A DNA stretch of 64,000 nucleotides from Nitrospirota bacterium. GTDB lineage: Bacteria > Nitrospirota > UBA9217. Made by a program: the position numbers and the translations under genes. Below are positions 63,974 through 64,000 of this stretch, one piece after another. The DNA is taken from NCBI GenBank assembly GCA_963741205.1, contig CAVUHW010000043.1:1-64000 (forward strand), in the 5' to 3' direction. The notes beneath the pieces were generated by a model. That model was not told the DNA's origin, made no database searches, and saw only the letters and a program-made list of their open reading frames with translations. Each line of letters starts with the position of its first letter. Within the stretch, counting starts at the first letter, position 1.

Positions 63974-64000
63974 GTTCTTAATTCGGAAGCAACTCACCGG

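Noticed and set aside
1-64000. rRNA, tRNA, tmRNA or SRP RNA genes
   Set aside because: No recognisable signatures by eye. A covariance-model scan would be needed to exclude small RNAs.

Overview
Bacterial chromosome window, GC-rich in coding regions. Gene style suggests a Nitrospirota- or Desulfobacterota-like organism (inference). It looks like an unpolished long-read assembly, because single-base indels split many genes, including housekeeping ones. The left part (0-25 kb) is a cell-surface and redox island. It holds two multicopper oxidases, a GEMM-I riboswitch with the cGAMP-type A20 signature upstream of a 12-heme PgcA-like lipoprotein cytochrome, an FKBP, three paralogous large Ig-like surface proteins each with a sigma54 promoter, and two DUF5666 lipoproteins. 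Each of the three paralogs ends in an FN3 domain that is split by a TM-RSRRK-TM-lipobox hairpin, a candidate undescribed anchoring mechanism. The middle and right parts are mostly housekeeping (lpxC, dusB, ffh-rpsP-rimM-trmD-rplS-rnhB-yraN, rimO, hemEHG, mltA, Lon-like protease, CCA enzyme, namZ, murU-amgK fusion). They are interrupted by a truncated tnpB, an IS1380, an integrase-less array of very short attC cassettes with BrnTA, a GxxExxY gene framed by inverted 9-mer arrays with several gene-less relatives, and a probable Sec-containing thioredoxin-MerB fusion. No rRNA, tRNA or CRISPR array was seen.
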